Shown here one piece after another: positions 50,783 through 64,000 of a stretch of 64,000 nt of DNA. Under the pieces are notes generated by a model. The model saw nothing but the letters and a program-made list of their open reading frames with translations. It searched no databases and was not told where the DNA came from. Location of the stretch: positions 62,001 to 126,000 of the forward strand of contig JALMLS010000489.1 in the NCBI GenBank assembly GCA_038496445.1, in the 5' to 3' direction. Origin of the DNA: Trichosphaerium sp. ATCC 40318 (Eukaryota; Protista; Tubulinea). Position 1 is the first letter of the stretch, and each line of letters begins with the position of its first letter. Both the position numbers and the translations under genes were made by a program.

Positions 50783-53700
50783 TTAAGGACAAATCACGTG
50801 AATGGACAATGAATCAATCGTGAGTTGTTTGTGTAATCCTTCATGTATACTCACTTCGAGATGCACATGATCACGATTTAGAACAGATCCAATTGTCTGA
50901 GATGAAAACACTTGACCTTCTGCATATGTTTCACTGTATCCTGGCTCTGTATCAATGTATCCAAGATCGATCTAATTAAATGTAAACAAACAATGTAGTT
51001 ATCAAGAAACTGACGTACTTTCTTGTGTCTATGATAACTGTGTTCTGGAACGAGTGCTGCAAACTTGATTCGTTTTGATACATGGAATTCAGCCTCCACT
51101 TTGTATCTAATATTGTGGTTAGTCATGTGTTTTATTAAATGGCGGTACCTAATGCTGACAACGACCGTGTGGTTATAAATATGTTGTATCGTGTGACCAC
51201 CACTCAACAAGTAGGAACCTTCAATTGGAATATCAAAGATGATTGACAACGGATACTTGTGATAGTTGTAGCTGAACTTTGACGCATAAAGTGCCAAATC
51301 ATCATCTGCTTCTTGTACAAAAGATGCAGCATCATCCATGGTACAATCTGTTGAGAATACATCAACATCCGACAGATGATGAGGACAATCGTAGTTTGGA
51401 TGATTCTTGAATCCGAGAGTATGGCTTTGAGGATATCGAGGAAATACACGATGAGGGCGAGCACCATGAGCAATTTGAACAGATGTAAGAGCATCAACAA
51501 CACCATATCCAGACAGAATATCAGAACCAGGTGTATGGATGTCAATTGAAGCGAGTTTGAAGACAGTGTTCATGTATGACTAAATACGTTAATATCAGCA
51601 CGTGTTTTACTGGTGGCAATTTGACATGACGTACTCTTTCGTTTATTCTTGACTTTTCGAGGATAAGTCCAGCAATTGCAGCAAGGTGAGGAGCAGCTGC
51701 AGAGGTTCCAAAGAATGGATTGAAGCCTGGTGTTGATGTAGAAACACCATCAGCAGCTGTGAAGTCTGGTTTCATTCTCACTTCTCCACCTTGAGCAGCA
51801 GTGTAAACGCCTTCTTCCAGAATATTACCATCCTTATCAAAGAAAATATTCACTGGTCCCAGAGAAGAGAAGGATTCTAGAACAATGAGTTAACACCAGC
51901 AAGAATAACAATAAGTAAAAAGAAACAGTACCAGTGATTGTCGAAGTATTGAACGGTTGTATTGGGTCACCAGTCCCTGCAAATGCTGCGGCCACTGAGA
52001 ATGAAGACCGAGCAGCAGAATGTCCAAACGTATTTGATGGTCGAACAGGAATTCTAGCACGTGGAGCCAACATTCGTATTCTTCTTTGAGATATAGTTTC
52101 ATTGTACTCAAAGTTGAGAAAACCGAATCTGATTGCAATTCCTGGTGGCAGTGATATAAATGCAAGTGGGATTGGTTCACCACCTCTGGTAGACTGAGAA
52201 CTGGAAAGTTCGGGAATGAACTCGCCAGTAGTATCGTTAAACACTATGATGAAATATTGTTCCGTAGGCATTTGCTACAATTAAAAAATGAGCCAAAGAA
52301 ATAAGAATGAAATCAATGAGTGATACATTTACTCTGTACTTCGTTATATTAAGATAAATTGGTTATGAAGTACAAGTAAATGTAACCAATTGCCTGAATT
52401 TTCTACGGTAGATAAACTTTTGACAGAAAAATACTTATGAAGGCATTTGCAAGTACATATGTAAAAAAAAAAAAAAAAAAGAAAAAACTTACATAAGAAT
52501 CCGACCAATACAGAAAAACATTCAAGTTACTAGTACTATCAGGACTAGTAGAAACTCGAACCAATTCAGTTCCTCCAAATATTTCAAAAAAATGAAATGC
52601 AGGCCCTGATGACGTTGTAGTGTTGAAATCAACAGCGTACGTGTTGGCTAAATTAATGTGAATAGTTAAGTAATGATTTAGAGGTTAAGTTTGTACTTCG
52701 AAAATTTCCGCCTGCTGAAAAAAACAAAGCACCATCTTCAGTGACTTTATCAGCTGATTGTGCAACAATATCATCCTATTCAGCATGAGTAAAAATGTGC
52801 ATTCGACCAAAAAAAAACAACATTATTTCAGTCATATTTTTAGACTCACTTGGAAAGGTGCTTCTGAAAAGTATATAACATCATCAACAATAATATCACA
52901 GCCATATTCGAAACGAAGTAATTCGATATTCCTTGAAAATTGGAACAGAGAAATAAAAGCAGAAGCGAAGAACACTAAAAAAGAGCATGAGAAAAACGAC
53001 ATTTCAGCGAACATGAAAGTTTTTGTACACTCTGCATCGGGAGCCAAATCAAAAATAATTTCAGCCATTGCTGATCCTTCACTACTACACGGGAAAATAT
53101 TCTGTGTTTGATTTGTGAGTGGATCTGTAATGATTGTGATGGAATTTAAGTCGCCCGAGGAAGTAAGGTTGTCTAAAACCTAAAATAAAGAATAAATACG
53201 TCACATAAAACGCCGAACATTGTACAACTACGCCAAGATACGTACATCGAGAATAACACAATCTGAAAGAATACCTATCTTAACACCTTTCCCCGTTGAT
53301 CCTTCTCCAAAAACTCTTGCAAGATTTGCTCTGTGAGCCGCATCACCCTCCGAAACAGTATCCCGCAAAGTAGTTCTATGCTACTCGAAAGTTAAAAGTA
53401 TTCAGCTAACGCGAGATAGCAGGAAAACATTAGTGTACTTTTTTAGCTAATTTCTCTGAATATTTTCTCGAATAACACGTGGTGGGTAATAAGAGTAATT
53501 CTTGATTTGAAAAGAAGTTTGCCACGTGTAGTGCAAACCCACGTGATTACGAAAATATTTATGCTGTTGCGTACCGATCTTGGCTGTATGCTATCTACCA
53601 TGGACATAGAGCAGAGCGTATTCATGTCGTCCATGCTAGCGGGCATACGAACAACAACACAGTCGTCTTGTGGATGGTGTTTGTACATAACCTTCAATAT

Positions 53701-54067
53701 GAGTTAAAACACAATCGCATGTTACCAATAAGCGTACTTCACAGCCATCTACACTATCTGCGGCGTTTGAAATACCATTGATATCGGAGCCACAAACTTC
53801 AACTTCCATTGCTTCCGACGCCTGTTTGTGCGTCATTGATGCCCTTGAGACGTTAGATAGAGCTAAGGGAAGGAACTAAACGTACATTTCTTTGTACAAG
53901 CCAAGTGAAATACAAGAAGTATCAAATGATGAAGCATAAGCATCTAGCTTTTGTTTAATCGTATCCACATTCTCCATGAAGAACTCTGGAGCGTCAGCGC
54001 CCTCAAACACATCTTGAGCAAAGAGAAAAGAAGAGGCAGCGATCAAAAACAATATACAGAGCTTCAT
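50783..54067 (-). CDS. Secreted subtilase-family paralog 3 with intact catalytic residues
   Basis: GVKIGILSDC, SEGSAMAE, FFSAGGN, FFGTSAAAPH; same introns as paralogs 1 and 2. Confidence 0.88.
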
Positions 54068-54800
54068 TGCTTGTATGAGCCTAAAGCAACTTTATATATC
54101 TGATTTTGTGAATTCTCTGTTCTCGTTTCATCACGGTGCGCTGATAACACAAAAAACCTTATTAATTAATCATTAATTCGTCGTGTAATGCTCTGATGAA
54201 GGCAGAAATTAACTACGTGCAGGTCATGTGAAGTAAATTGATCGTCAGGTCTAAATGTTGTTACGGTAGTTCAAAGGAACTAAAATACGCTTCAACCAGT
54301 TGATCATGATAAATACTACAAGTCAATCAATAAAATAAATCAGACTTACAATCTGCGTGAACCTTCTTGTTCCGATGTGCACAAATAACACAAAGTAAAA
54401 TGATTTGATGCCTACCAGGTAGGCTTGCGCCTTAAAAAACAGTCACAAAAAAAAAAGTTAACCGTGAACTTGAAGGAGATTACGATCAAAGGCCAATTGG
54501 AGGAGCGATGCTCTTATGTCAATGGTAAGGTTGTAGAGCACAAGAGGTGGCGTAATAATGCTCAAGTATAACAAGACGTGTTCGCTTCTAATTAAGTTGA
54601 TATTAAAGTGCCTGCTTTTTAAAGTTTAGAATTCTTACCACTGGTATACACTTGTACCTTATTGAATAATATTTGATCGAACAAAAACAAATTATTGTAC
54701 AGTTGTATTTATTTATGAATAAAATTGAAACATTCGCTATTGTACTTACTACGTTACAAAACTCTTTTTAAAGAGATAACTGATAGCAATTGTAGCGATG

Positions 54801-57800
54801 CTACTTCTTTTTACATAGACCAGATACCTTTTCTTTGAGATATATCATAACAGGCAATACGGCTAATCCATGTAACATTGATAAAACAAACATGCTAAAG
54901 AAGAATTTGAAGAACATAACAAGAATATTATGATCTGCTGTAGCAAGGGCAATAATCCCGATGAAACTAGTAAAAGATCCTGACAAAACGGATACTCCCA
55001 TTTTACCGAGAGCTATAGATATTCTTGACTTTACAGTCAAACGCTATTTAGAAGGAGTAAGTAAAATAAAAAGTTACAAGTCGCTTTCAGCAAAAGGCTT
55101 GTACCTTGTCTTGTCCTACGTATGAGTGACAAACATGAGCACAGCTGTCTACAGCTAAACCCATACTTATCAGTAATAGTATAAGACTGACTTGATTAAC
55201 ACGAATTTCCCAAAACCACATGACTGAAAAAATATCAACTTCAATCAATATGATATTAAAAAGCACTAAGAGTGCCAAGGAGAAGTCACCCAAGAAGCAA
55301 TATACTACAATCAAGACACACACTAAAATAATAAATTAGTGTACTCAGGTGTGTGCTGACATAAACAAAAAAAAAGCAAGCACAAACAGGCCAAGCGAAA
55401 TTGATAATAAAAAAGTAGGAAAAACCCCTGAATGATATAATTACGCACGTGATACAATACCAAGCTGCATAGCATTGGATACAAGCAAGTTAACGTATTG
55501 ACTCCAGTCAAGGTATAAAAATGTATAAGGGAAAGCTTTCAACGCTCCATACTGTGAACATTTGTCTTGCATCCACTAGAAAGACCAAACAGTCAGAAAA
55601 AAAAAAACCAAATTGTATATTACGCACCACCATCGCAGCAGCTCTTTGAATATCAGTTGTTTCTCCAGTAAAATAGTGCGTAGCATGGAACCTTGCTATT
55701 TTGATTCTACCGTACTTCAAGTTTATATCAGCTGCATACTTAGCAACATTTCCTGGTTGGAAATACCAAGCATAAAACAAAGTATAGAAATCACTCTCTA
55801 AAAAGAATAATAAGAAAAAACCCAAACTACATCAAAAAACATCTGAAAAAATAAGTTACCCTCAGAATCTTGTAAGCCAGCTTGTTGACCGAATAATGTT
55901 AATTCTCTTTGAATTGCTGTGAGAATATCACTACCATTTGATATTGAAGCGCTTTCAATAATTTCTTCTGCTGTTGCATTCTGTAATGGACCATCTCTTG
56001 CTGTTTTATTCCAAAGTCTAAACTCTTCCCACCTATAGATTCAAAAAGTGAGTACAAAGAGTTAAAAAGTTCAAGTCCGTGCCATGATACAGGCATTGGT
56101 TTTTCAACATTAGGAGAATCTCTTATATCTCTTATCAAGTTATCAAGGTTCGTCTGAACTACAGGATCCGCAAAATCATCCGGAGAAACATATACAGCAA
56201 AGTTGTAACTGTACTCCTATCGGTTTTTGCCATTAGTACTAATCACTCTTTTGGTTCAACGTACTTGGAAGAATTCTTGTTGAAGATCAAAGAAATGAAG
56301 TAAATAGGAATCATCAGGTAATACTTCATGTGTTGACAACCCAGCACGAACTTGTGTTGCTCCGTAACCTCCAGCGGTAACAATACCAACAGCTATAAGC
56401 AACTATCATAAGGTTATTCAAAAGAGTATTTATAAAATATAAAATCACGTGACGTACAACAATAACTATTGATACAGGATGTAAGAGTGTAGGTCCATAA
56501 ATACGTTCAAAAAAGGCTGGCATTAAGTTATCATTCGATACTATGCCCTTGATATATTGCCAGCAAGTCTTGTTCTTTTTGTCTGAATCATTTATACTAA
56601 AAGTGTCCATGTGTGATGGCATTGGAAACGGTGATTGTGACTCAGTATCAACAAGTAACGTCTTATCACTGGAGCAATCTGAAGAAGGTACTCTCTTAAC
56701 ATATCCTTTTTTACCTTTCTTTGTAGTAAAACAACAAAGCAAGCAATCTAGTCTACCAGCAGACCTTCTTCTTTCATCAATAGCAAGTAAAGCAACAAAG
56801 AAAGTAACCTAACAAATAGAAAACGTCAGAAAGAAAACATCAAACTAAAACGCTCAGCGTTGCGCTTCAAAGTAATGCAATTGTAATTTACCTGTAAACA
56901 GAAATCGAAGGTGATGCTCAAAATAGCGAACATGCACAAAGAGCTTATAGCAGGTAATGGTCCATAATAACCAACTGTGAACGCTGCAATATCAGTGAAC
57001 GATGTCATAGCAACAGAACCGCCAACTAAAGATTAAAAAATTAGAAAGAAAAAACCAGAATCAAAAAACTTTGCACTAGTTGCAACCGAAAAGTTTTTCA
57101 TCCTCAAAAATTTAAGAAAATACCTGGTCACCCTAAAAAAGAACGCTTTAATTCTTACCTTCTTGCATTGCTTCTTTCATACGGCTTGGTATTGGCTTTG
57201 CCTTAGATGTTCTTTCAAAAGCCTGTACTATAATAAAACAATCATCTACACCGATACCCAGTATGAGAAAAGGTAGACCAACTACAGTAGTGTTGAATGG
57301 AACACCAAACATAAAGCCAGCTGCAAAACTGTTGACAAAAAGTTAGCAAGGGAGAAAAAACGTTCGAAAGAACAAAACATATTGAACGTGCCCCATTATC
57401 ATTGCAAGTATGATATGAAATATACCACCAACAGCAAGCATTGCTCTTGATGTTCTTGGATCAAAACCGCCAAGAGATACCATGACGTATATCAACATAG
57501 CAGAGAAACTTACTAAGAAAAGAAAAGATTAAAAAAAAATGGAGGAATATTAAAGATGCACCACAACAGTGGCCAAAAAGAAGTTGACAGCATACTTATG
57601 AACAAAGCAGAATCTTCTTTTGTGGCACGATCTATTTCAAGTCCAAGAGATAACTGATAAAACAGTAATAAGTACTTGTTAAAAAATGATTTCTAGAAAA
57701 CAACGTACATTTGACATGTATGCAAGATGTACATGTTTTGTTGAACCTTCCTCAGCAGCGACAATATCCAAAAATTTCGCTTCAAACTCTATGGCTTGAT

Positions 57801-59082
57801 TATAGTGATTTCCGTCAAGTGCCCATATAGATAAGTGCGCAGCAACTGTTATACCACGTTAGAAATACTTTTTTTTCATTTTGTAACAAGAAAAAAAAAC
57901 GTACCATTAACAACAGTGGTATTATCACTACCGTACTCAACTCCACCGAGTAGACTAGAAAGAGGCGCTACTAAATTACCTAATGTATCATCCAAATGCA
58001 AATTTAGCGTTGCATAGAGGTCCTATAAGGTGTAAACACTCTACGGGCCTTTTTTTCGAAAGCAAAAAAGATATTTTCAAAAATACAAGAAACAGGCCTT
58101 ATAATTTAACCGTACGTCATCAAGCTCAACCTTTGTCATATTATAATCCCAAGCTCTTAATACAGAGGCAGCTAAGCAACCCAAAAACGGAACAGGTCGT
58201 GCACAAATATCATCATAAGACGAATTTGATGCGACCTGTATAGAAGACACTCTAGTCATAATACCATGCATTTCCCTTAATATTTCCTTTGTTATAGCAT
58301 TATTTCTAAGCAAACAGATATCAGAGAAATACTCAAAACATGAAGTAGAATATAGAGTCGATGTTTTCAAAAACGGAAGGTCGGGTTTTGGGTACAACCC
58401 AAAGGGTTTTTGAAACAAAAAAAAATTTTGACAAGATCTAACGGGTTATACCCTTTTTTAGGCGTCATCGCCATGATTGATGTTCTAACGTGTAATCCAA
58501 AGTCATTTGACACTATACTTGCTGCTACTTTAGCTCTTGAGTCTAAACAAGCATTAGATATCATTCTTCTGAACAATTTTTTGCCAAAAAGAGAAGAGCA
58601 CGACAATAGGGAAATGGAAGTTGTTTTTTGTTTTCTTGTACTTTTAGGGACCCATTCGTTTTGAGAGCTCTGATGGAAACGTAAAAAACCACAACTCAAG
58701 GAAATCCCGAACGTCAATGCAATAAACACTACAAACCATGGATATAAACCGCACTAAAATAATGATTTAGTTACCGCCATTCAAAACGACCAAAAAGGGT
58801 GAAACTGTACAAATTGGCCTATCTGCCCAAAAACGGTGCGTAGTGAGTCTTCTACGAATAAATGCAAGCGATGTGGCATTAGATAAACCCCTTTTCTGAT
58901 TACATCGTTCCTTGGGCCCAATTTAGTTCCGTAGTTGTCAAACACGTTATTAATATGTACCAGCTGCTTTGTTGTATAAAACCAACGCAACCATCAGCTT
59001 CGTCGCTACTATCTTCTTCAAATGATGCGTATGACAAACTATCGTTTGTTGACCGTTTAGTGGTCGCAGTTGCGATGCTCAT
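54801..59082 (-). CDS. Patched/NPC1-family (RND) membrane protein with a sterol-sensing domain
   Basis: PFLILGIGVDDCFII, SVAMTSFTDIAAF..G...LPAISSLC, TFFVALLAIDERRR, GLAVDSCAH, HGLAVLPV; many introns. Confidence 0.88.
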
Positions 59083-59752
59083 GCCACTTTTCTTGTGCTA
59101 GTATCCGAATTATGATAATGACAATACCCTAGACTTCTCTGGACTTTTCGGTGAATAGGATGTTCAGAACCCTTAGAGTGAGTGCTTAGTGGCCGTAATC
59201 TTACTGGTGCAGCAGATTAATGAACTAACGATGAAGTGAGTTCAGTGCAATCGGACGCCAAAAATGGTCATGAAGGTTTCATAGCGTATCGTCATTGCTC
59301 CTTCTTCTTTCCATCAGACCTATTAAAATTCCATTATACGCACGATGTTTTACTGGCATTGATAACAAGCTTGAGTTCTTAAAAGTTATCGTTTTTGCAA
59401 TATGGATTTTCCGGCTTTAATGGAGTGTTATTGCTATCAAACATATTAGTTCCACAACGCCTATTGCTAAATAACAAAACCATCAAATGACCTTTCCAAG
59501 TTTATTGTTGTACAAGCAAGCCCTTGTAATTTTGGTGAGGAGCAAGTTCAGCAGCTTATCCAAAAATATCCATTATCCCCGAGTGTTGAAACCAAACTAC
59601 AGTGATACTAGTTTGTAAACAAAGCCAAAGGTGGTTTTCGGATAAATGTAGTATTCATTTTACCCGATTCTAAAAACCCGAAACAGGACCGCCACGTGAC
59701 TTTTTTATATTTTGTTTTTAAGCTGTCTCATCACTCCATTTTCTTTCTTTTG

Positions 59753-62700
59753 ATGTCTACAATACCTCTATACTTTCTTTATATTTGTCTGTGCATATAT
59801 ACAATAAGAGCACTAGGTACCATTGTGAAATAAAAACGTATCTGACATTTCTGTTACGAAAAGTAGTGACGTCTCCAAACCATCAATGTGGAAATGACTT
59901 GAGCTGTTATTTAGCGCTTAATGAGACTGATATCCAAATTACGTGTATGAAATACGTATTTTTAAACAATGTAACACTCATTTCGGACAAGAAGTTAGCA
60001 ACACGTGCGTGTACAAACAAGATTGAGTCTTGGGGTTTTTTTTGGAACACAGACCAACGTTTACCCAACTCATTTTTTAATTTTTATTTATAGACATAGT
60101 GAACGACTTTTTACCTTCTGTATCTCTTCCACACGTGATGTGTAATGGAGAACGTATTTTTATCAACGGCCAAAAACACTCTTTGACGATAGACGGCTTA
60201 AAATTTGGGTGTCCTAGCGATGTTCCAAACGGATAGATTGCAAAATTCGTATTTGAACCAAATTTTCTTGGTTTATTCGAATATATTCTTCTCGCTTTTT
60301 TTGTGGTGAGATAAAACGGCACAAATTACATCCTTATTCCTGTCCTGAACCCATTTTTTTACATCCGAACATGTCTGAGACTTTTTTTAATAGAGCAAGT
60401 GAATAGATAAAACTACAAAATTGTGTTAAAATTTGTTTTACCTCAAGCGATGGCTATTTCTATGCGTGGAAAGTACTAAAAAGTGGTTTTGAGACAGCAA
60501 AAAAATAGATCACGTGGCGGGCTCAAGATTGGCTCGAATTGTCAAAAAAACGTCACCACTGGCACAATTTCACGCAACAAAAGTGTCGGTTAGGCTTACC
60601 GTGACTTAGTTTTACCGCTAAAATGTAGATATCTTAAACTCACTCAATATATGGCTTTCAACCACTCTATGTATAGAAATATGCATTTTAAAACATATGA
60701 GAGTAGTTTGGATGAACAAAAAGCACTTGGTGATTAAAAAAAAAGCCAACAACTTTCAGTTTCACAGTCGCTCTTCTCTGAAAACCGAATCCGAATATAG
60801 TCGACTATTTCCAACTTTTTACGTTCTGGCGATAGATTCGGTATTCTATTCGTTTGGAACATCGCTAGGGTGTCCACTGTCAATAGAGGATGTACCTGTT
60901 TTCAAACTGGAGTGCGTATCTTTTTTTGTGTTTTTTTTTCCCATATTTGACCTTTATTCTAATGTGCTCTTGAAGGTCAAGTATGTTTTATTTACTTTCA
61001 ACTGACGCGCCATTGCTTAAACTAGTGAATTCTAAGTACGTCACACATGTAGTCCTGTTTCTAACAACAATAATAAGTTTTGTGATGTCACAAACTCATC
61101 AAGTTGATAACAATATTTCCATTGGAGTACCAGAAGGAGCGTTGCTTTCCATGACAAACGGATCAATGAGCATTGACAATTGCACTTTTTCTGGTAATAC
61201 AATTCGCATCAAAGAAAATACAAGCTGTATTTTTAGAGGTTTGGTAAACACACAAGGAACAGATGTCTACGTACTTTGTGTTGTATTTCGCAATTTGCTA
61301 ACACTTTATTTTTCGTAGCTATCTATTAACGGCTCATTTTTTACGAAGAACTCCTTCCTAAGCCCACTTCACGCATGTACGGCACATGTTACTGGTATTG
61401 ACGTTAAGGAAAATTGAAAACAAACTTGTTGTTTAGGTCTAGCGCCTTATGGTGGCATTATTCACTCAAACGAAATTAATTATATGTTAATTTACAATAG
61501 CGCTTTCATTGAAAACAATATGGTGGACATACAAGGTATAAAAAGTGTTAAGTTTCATAAACTTGTATGCTAATCTCGAAAAACCAAGCATGTATCATTG
61601 TATCTCTAGCGGACGACACTATCATTCAGTCATCTGTATTCAAGAGCAATATATGTGCAGGGTAAGTTATTTGTTTTAAATGGACAATATTTAATTAATT
61701 CTATTTAAATAGGTCTGTCATCACAATTGGTAATGTATCTTATTTTTTATTGTTGTTAACAGTCTGCAGGTATGGATAATAATCAAAACACAGCTTTCGA
61801 ACTTCAGTATGTTGCTTATTGTCAGTTCATAGCCTAAAGGTTATTTATATGTTGTTAGGAATATCTACATTAAGGGTAACCATGCTATACAATTGTGAAG
61901 AGACAAAAGCAGATTCTCGTTCCTGATTTCTGCTTACCAATGCATAACGTAACATGTAGAAAATGAAGAAAGCAGACAATCAATAAGTTGCACACCATTA
62001 AGTTCGGGGAGTGTTTCAAACCTGTTCATAGGTGGTAAGCAAAACTTTTTGGTCATCCAAGAATACTACTAAAAAACTTCATGTTTCGCAGATTTTCACC
62101 CGTATTCTGAAGGATGTCAAGTAAATGAAACAAATCGTTGCACTACAGATTGTTGTGATGGCACGTATTAGTACAAAACACGCACAATAATAGTAAAACA
62201 CGTGATAGTATCATTCGAATTTGAGAATTATTTTTACAGTCACCCATGCAACACAACAATATCGACTAGAGTACCACCTCCACAGTTTGACGGTAAGTAA
62301 CTAAGGTCCACGCGTACTAATACGCTAAAAAAGGTTGTATATGGCCACCCGAGCATGATGTGTATCCCTCAGCTAGTCCACCAACCAATGCAGCACCGAC
62401 TGTCGCAGCGAACGCAAGTGCATGTGTTGTTTGTAACAATGCGTTGTGCGAAATACAAGAAAATTGTAACGTTGGCGGTTTAGCCAAAGTAGATGAGAAC
62501 AATCATCTTACCATTGAGAATGGTGTTGTGATTGAAGGAGATTTCATCAACAACGGCAATGTCACCTTTGCGTTGAATGATAGCACCAAGAATGTTGTTA
62601 TTGGAAGAGACTTTGTGAATACTGGCATAATCACTTTTACACCAAGTGTCAATTCAGGACGGTTTACGGTTGGCGGAGACTTTATCAACAATGGAACTGT

Positions 62701-63177
62701 TAAAATTGTGCTGAAGCACAGTGATAATATACAAATAAAAGGTACCGTTAACTAGTTTATAAAGACCTACTCTTATCACGTGACAATAGTTTTGAGATGT
62801 ACTTATCTTGGTGAGTACATAGTTGATGTTTCTACAATACAACTGCATCGAAAATGCATTTCTATCATTGAAAGCACGTGTGTACATGGAACAGTATCCA
62901 TAGCGGGAATGACAGGATGTACATCTGCATCTCAAGAACATGATGGAAGAAAGTACGAGGCAATTTTCATATTCATGTTGTACTATTTTTCGTTTAGATT
63001 GCAAGTATTTGTTGTCAATACTTGCACAGGTGGTGGTACAAACGCTTTTCTGATTGTCGGAATCATTTTTGCAGTTGCAGTATTTGTACGTACGATAGTC
63101 TTATTTGATCTTCTAACATGTTTCGTTTTTTCAAGTTCTCTGTCATTGCTATCTTCATTTTAAAGTGTAAACGATGA
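59753..63177 (+). CDS. Type I membrane protein (signal peptide, beta-helix-like repeats, Cys-rich segment, C-terminal TM); one exon interrupted by a MITE
   Basis: MSTIPLYFLYICLCIYTIRAL signal; NCTFSGN, SAFIENN, SVFKSN and GDFINNG repeats; TM FLIVGIIFAVAVF|FSVIAIFIL-KCKR-stop. Confidence 0.6.
60215..60867. mobile_element. Non-autonomous hAT-type MITE, 653 bp
   Basis: TIR TAGCGATGTTCCAAACG(G/A)ATAGA at both ends; perfect 8-bp TSD GGGTGTCC at 60207-60214 and 60868-60875. Confidence 0.92.
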
Positions 63178-64000
63178 TAAGTTCGTGTTCACGTCAGAAA
63201 AGACAAGATCGCCAATGACAATCTCAGATGTCACCACGCCAAAGTCAATGGTATCGTCAGTAACGCCAGGCATAGGCGATGTCTTCATCAGATTAATAAA
63301 AAACAGTCCATTCTTTTACCCTTAGATTTACTTCCTTGATGTAGTTAGCTAAGATCTTTACCCTCAATATTTATTTTCATTTATTTGTACAATTTGAAGT
63401 CATGTCGTGTTGGATTTCTCGTATCGTTGTTCTTTATTTTTTATACTTTCTTTTCTTTATACGTAAAGTACCACCACGTTGATGCATTATTTTGTCTAGT
63501 GTCCCAATGTCATTGCTTAGAAAGTAACTCCAGAAACCAAGGCGAAAAGCAGCATCGACATTTACGTTATGCTTAGCGCTTTAGTAGACAGTTAAAACAG
63601 AAAAACACCGCTAGGACAAAACTAAAAAAGTTACCTAGTCGAAATATATGGTATATCTCTTTGCATTGCAAGCTTCAAAGCATCAACTTCTCGGTAATTA
63701 CGCTCATCTTTTTTACACCTACAATCACGTGTGTTAAACAAAATTGTATCAACTGTACACAAGGACACTACTGATGTTGACATACCCGACAAGAACTTGA
63801 ATCTACGGAGTTAATTAATACTAACAGCTGGAATTTTAAAAAAAAGTATTAGTAGAACGTACCTTAGAACCTATAGTATCAATAATTGGCAATGTATCTT
63901 TCGTCAAAGTTTCTATTGTTTTCTCTTCTTGTAGCGAAAAGCAGCACATGTATACCTTAAAATAAGTCCCACGTTAGTTCACTATTTAATATTGTTACGC
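63160..64000 (-). CDS. 3' part of an unknown multi-exon gene running off the window
   Basis: Last exon ILANYIKEVNLRVKEWTVFINLMKTSPMPGVTDD...SSFTL-stop; further exon-like segments upstream. Confidence 0.45.

Noticed and set aside
59150-59620. Possible small gene between Patched and the membrane protein
   Set aside because: No consistent spliced frame could be built
60077-61005. Two head-to-head paralogous ORFs sharing FGTSLG
   Set aside because: The shared peptide is just the MITE terminal inverted repeat translated on each strand
63380-63440. In-frame TGA suggesting UGA reassignment
   Set aside because: Splicing here is ambiguous; TGA ends several genes and conserved Trp codons are TGG

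Overview
Eukaryotic nuclear DNA from an AT-rich, gene-dense protist-type genome. Introns are many and short (about 30-60 nt, GT-AG, donor often GTACGT or GTGCGT), so the ORF track fragments nearly every gene; the gene models below were spliced by hand. Housekeeping genes: CENP-C, APC13, class II eIF4E, Cdc123-like ATP-grasp, SDR, DCC1-like, RING E3, L7Ae/Rpp38-like, quinone oxidoreductase and a Patched/NPC1-family gene. Two expanded secreted families: three Asp-Glu-Ser-type subtilases (one intact, one lacking the catalytic Asp, one lacking all four active-site residues), and three GxGDD beta-roll proproteins with dibasic cleavage sites and a variable TSTPDP minisatellite. Also present: two LDDWY-repeat proteins with a nuclease-like C-terminus, and a SKP1-like gene head-to-head with an intronless F-box/MORN gene. 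Mobile DNA: a piggyBac whose transposase reads as an intact 533-aa protein once three introns are removed, its internally deleted twin, and a hAT-type MITE with a perfect 8-bp TSD inserted in an exon. An intronic tRNA has CCA anticodon geometry on a Gln/Gly-like body. CACGTG is strongly over-represented across the window.
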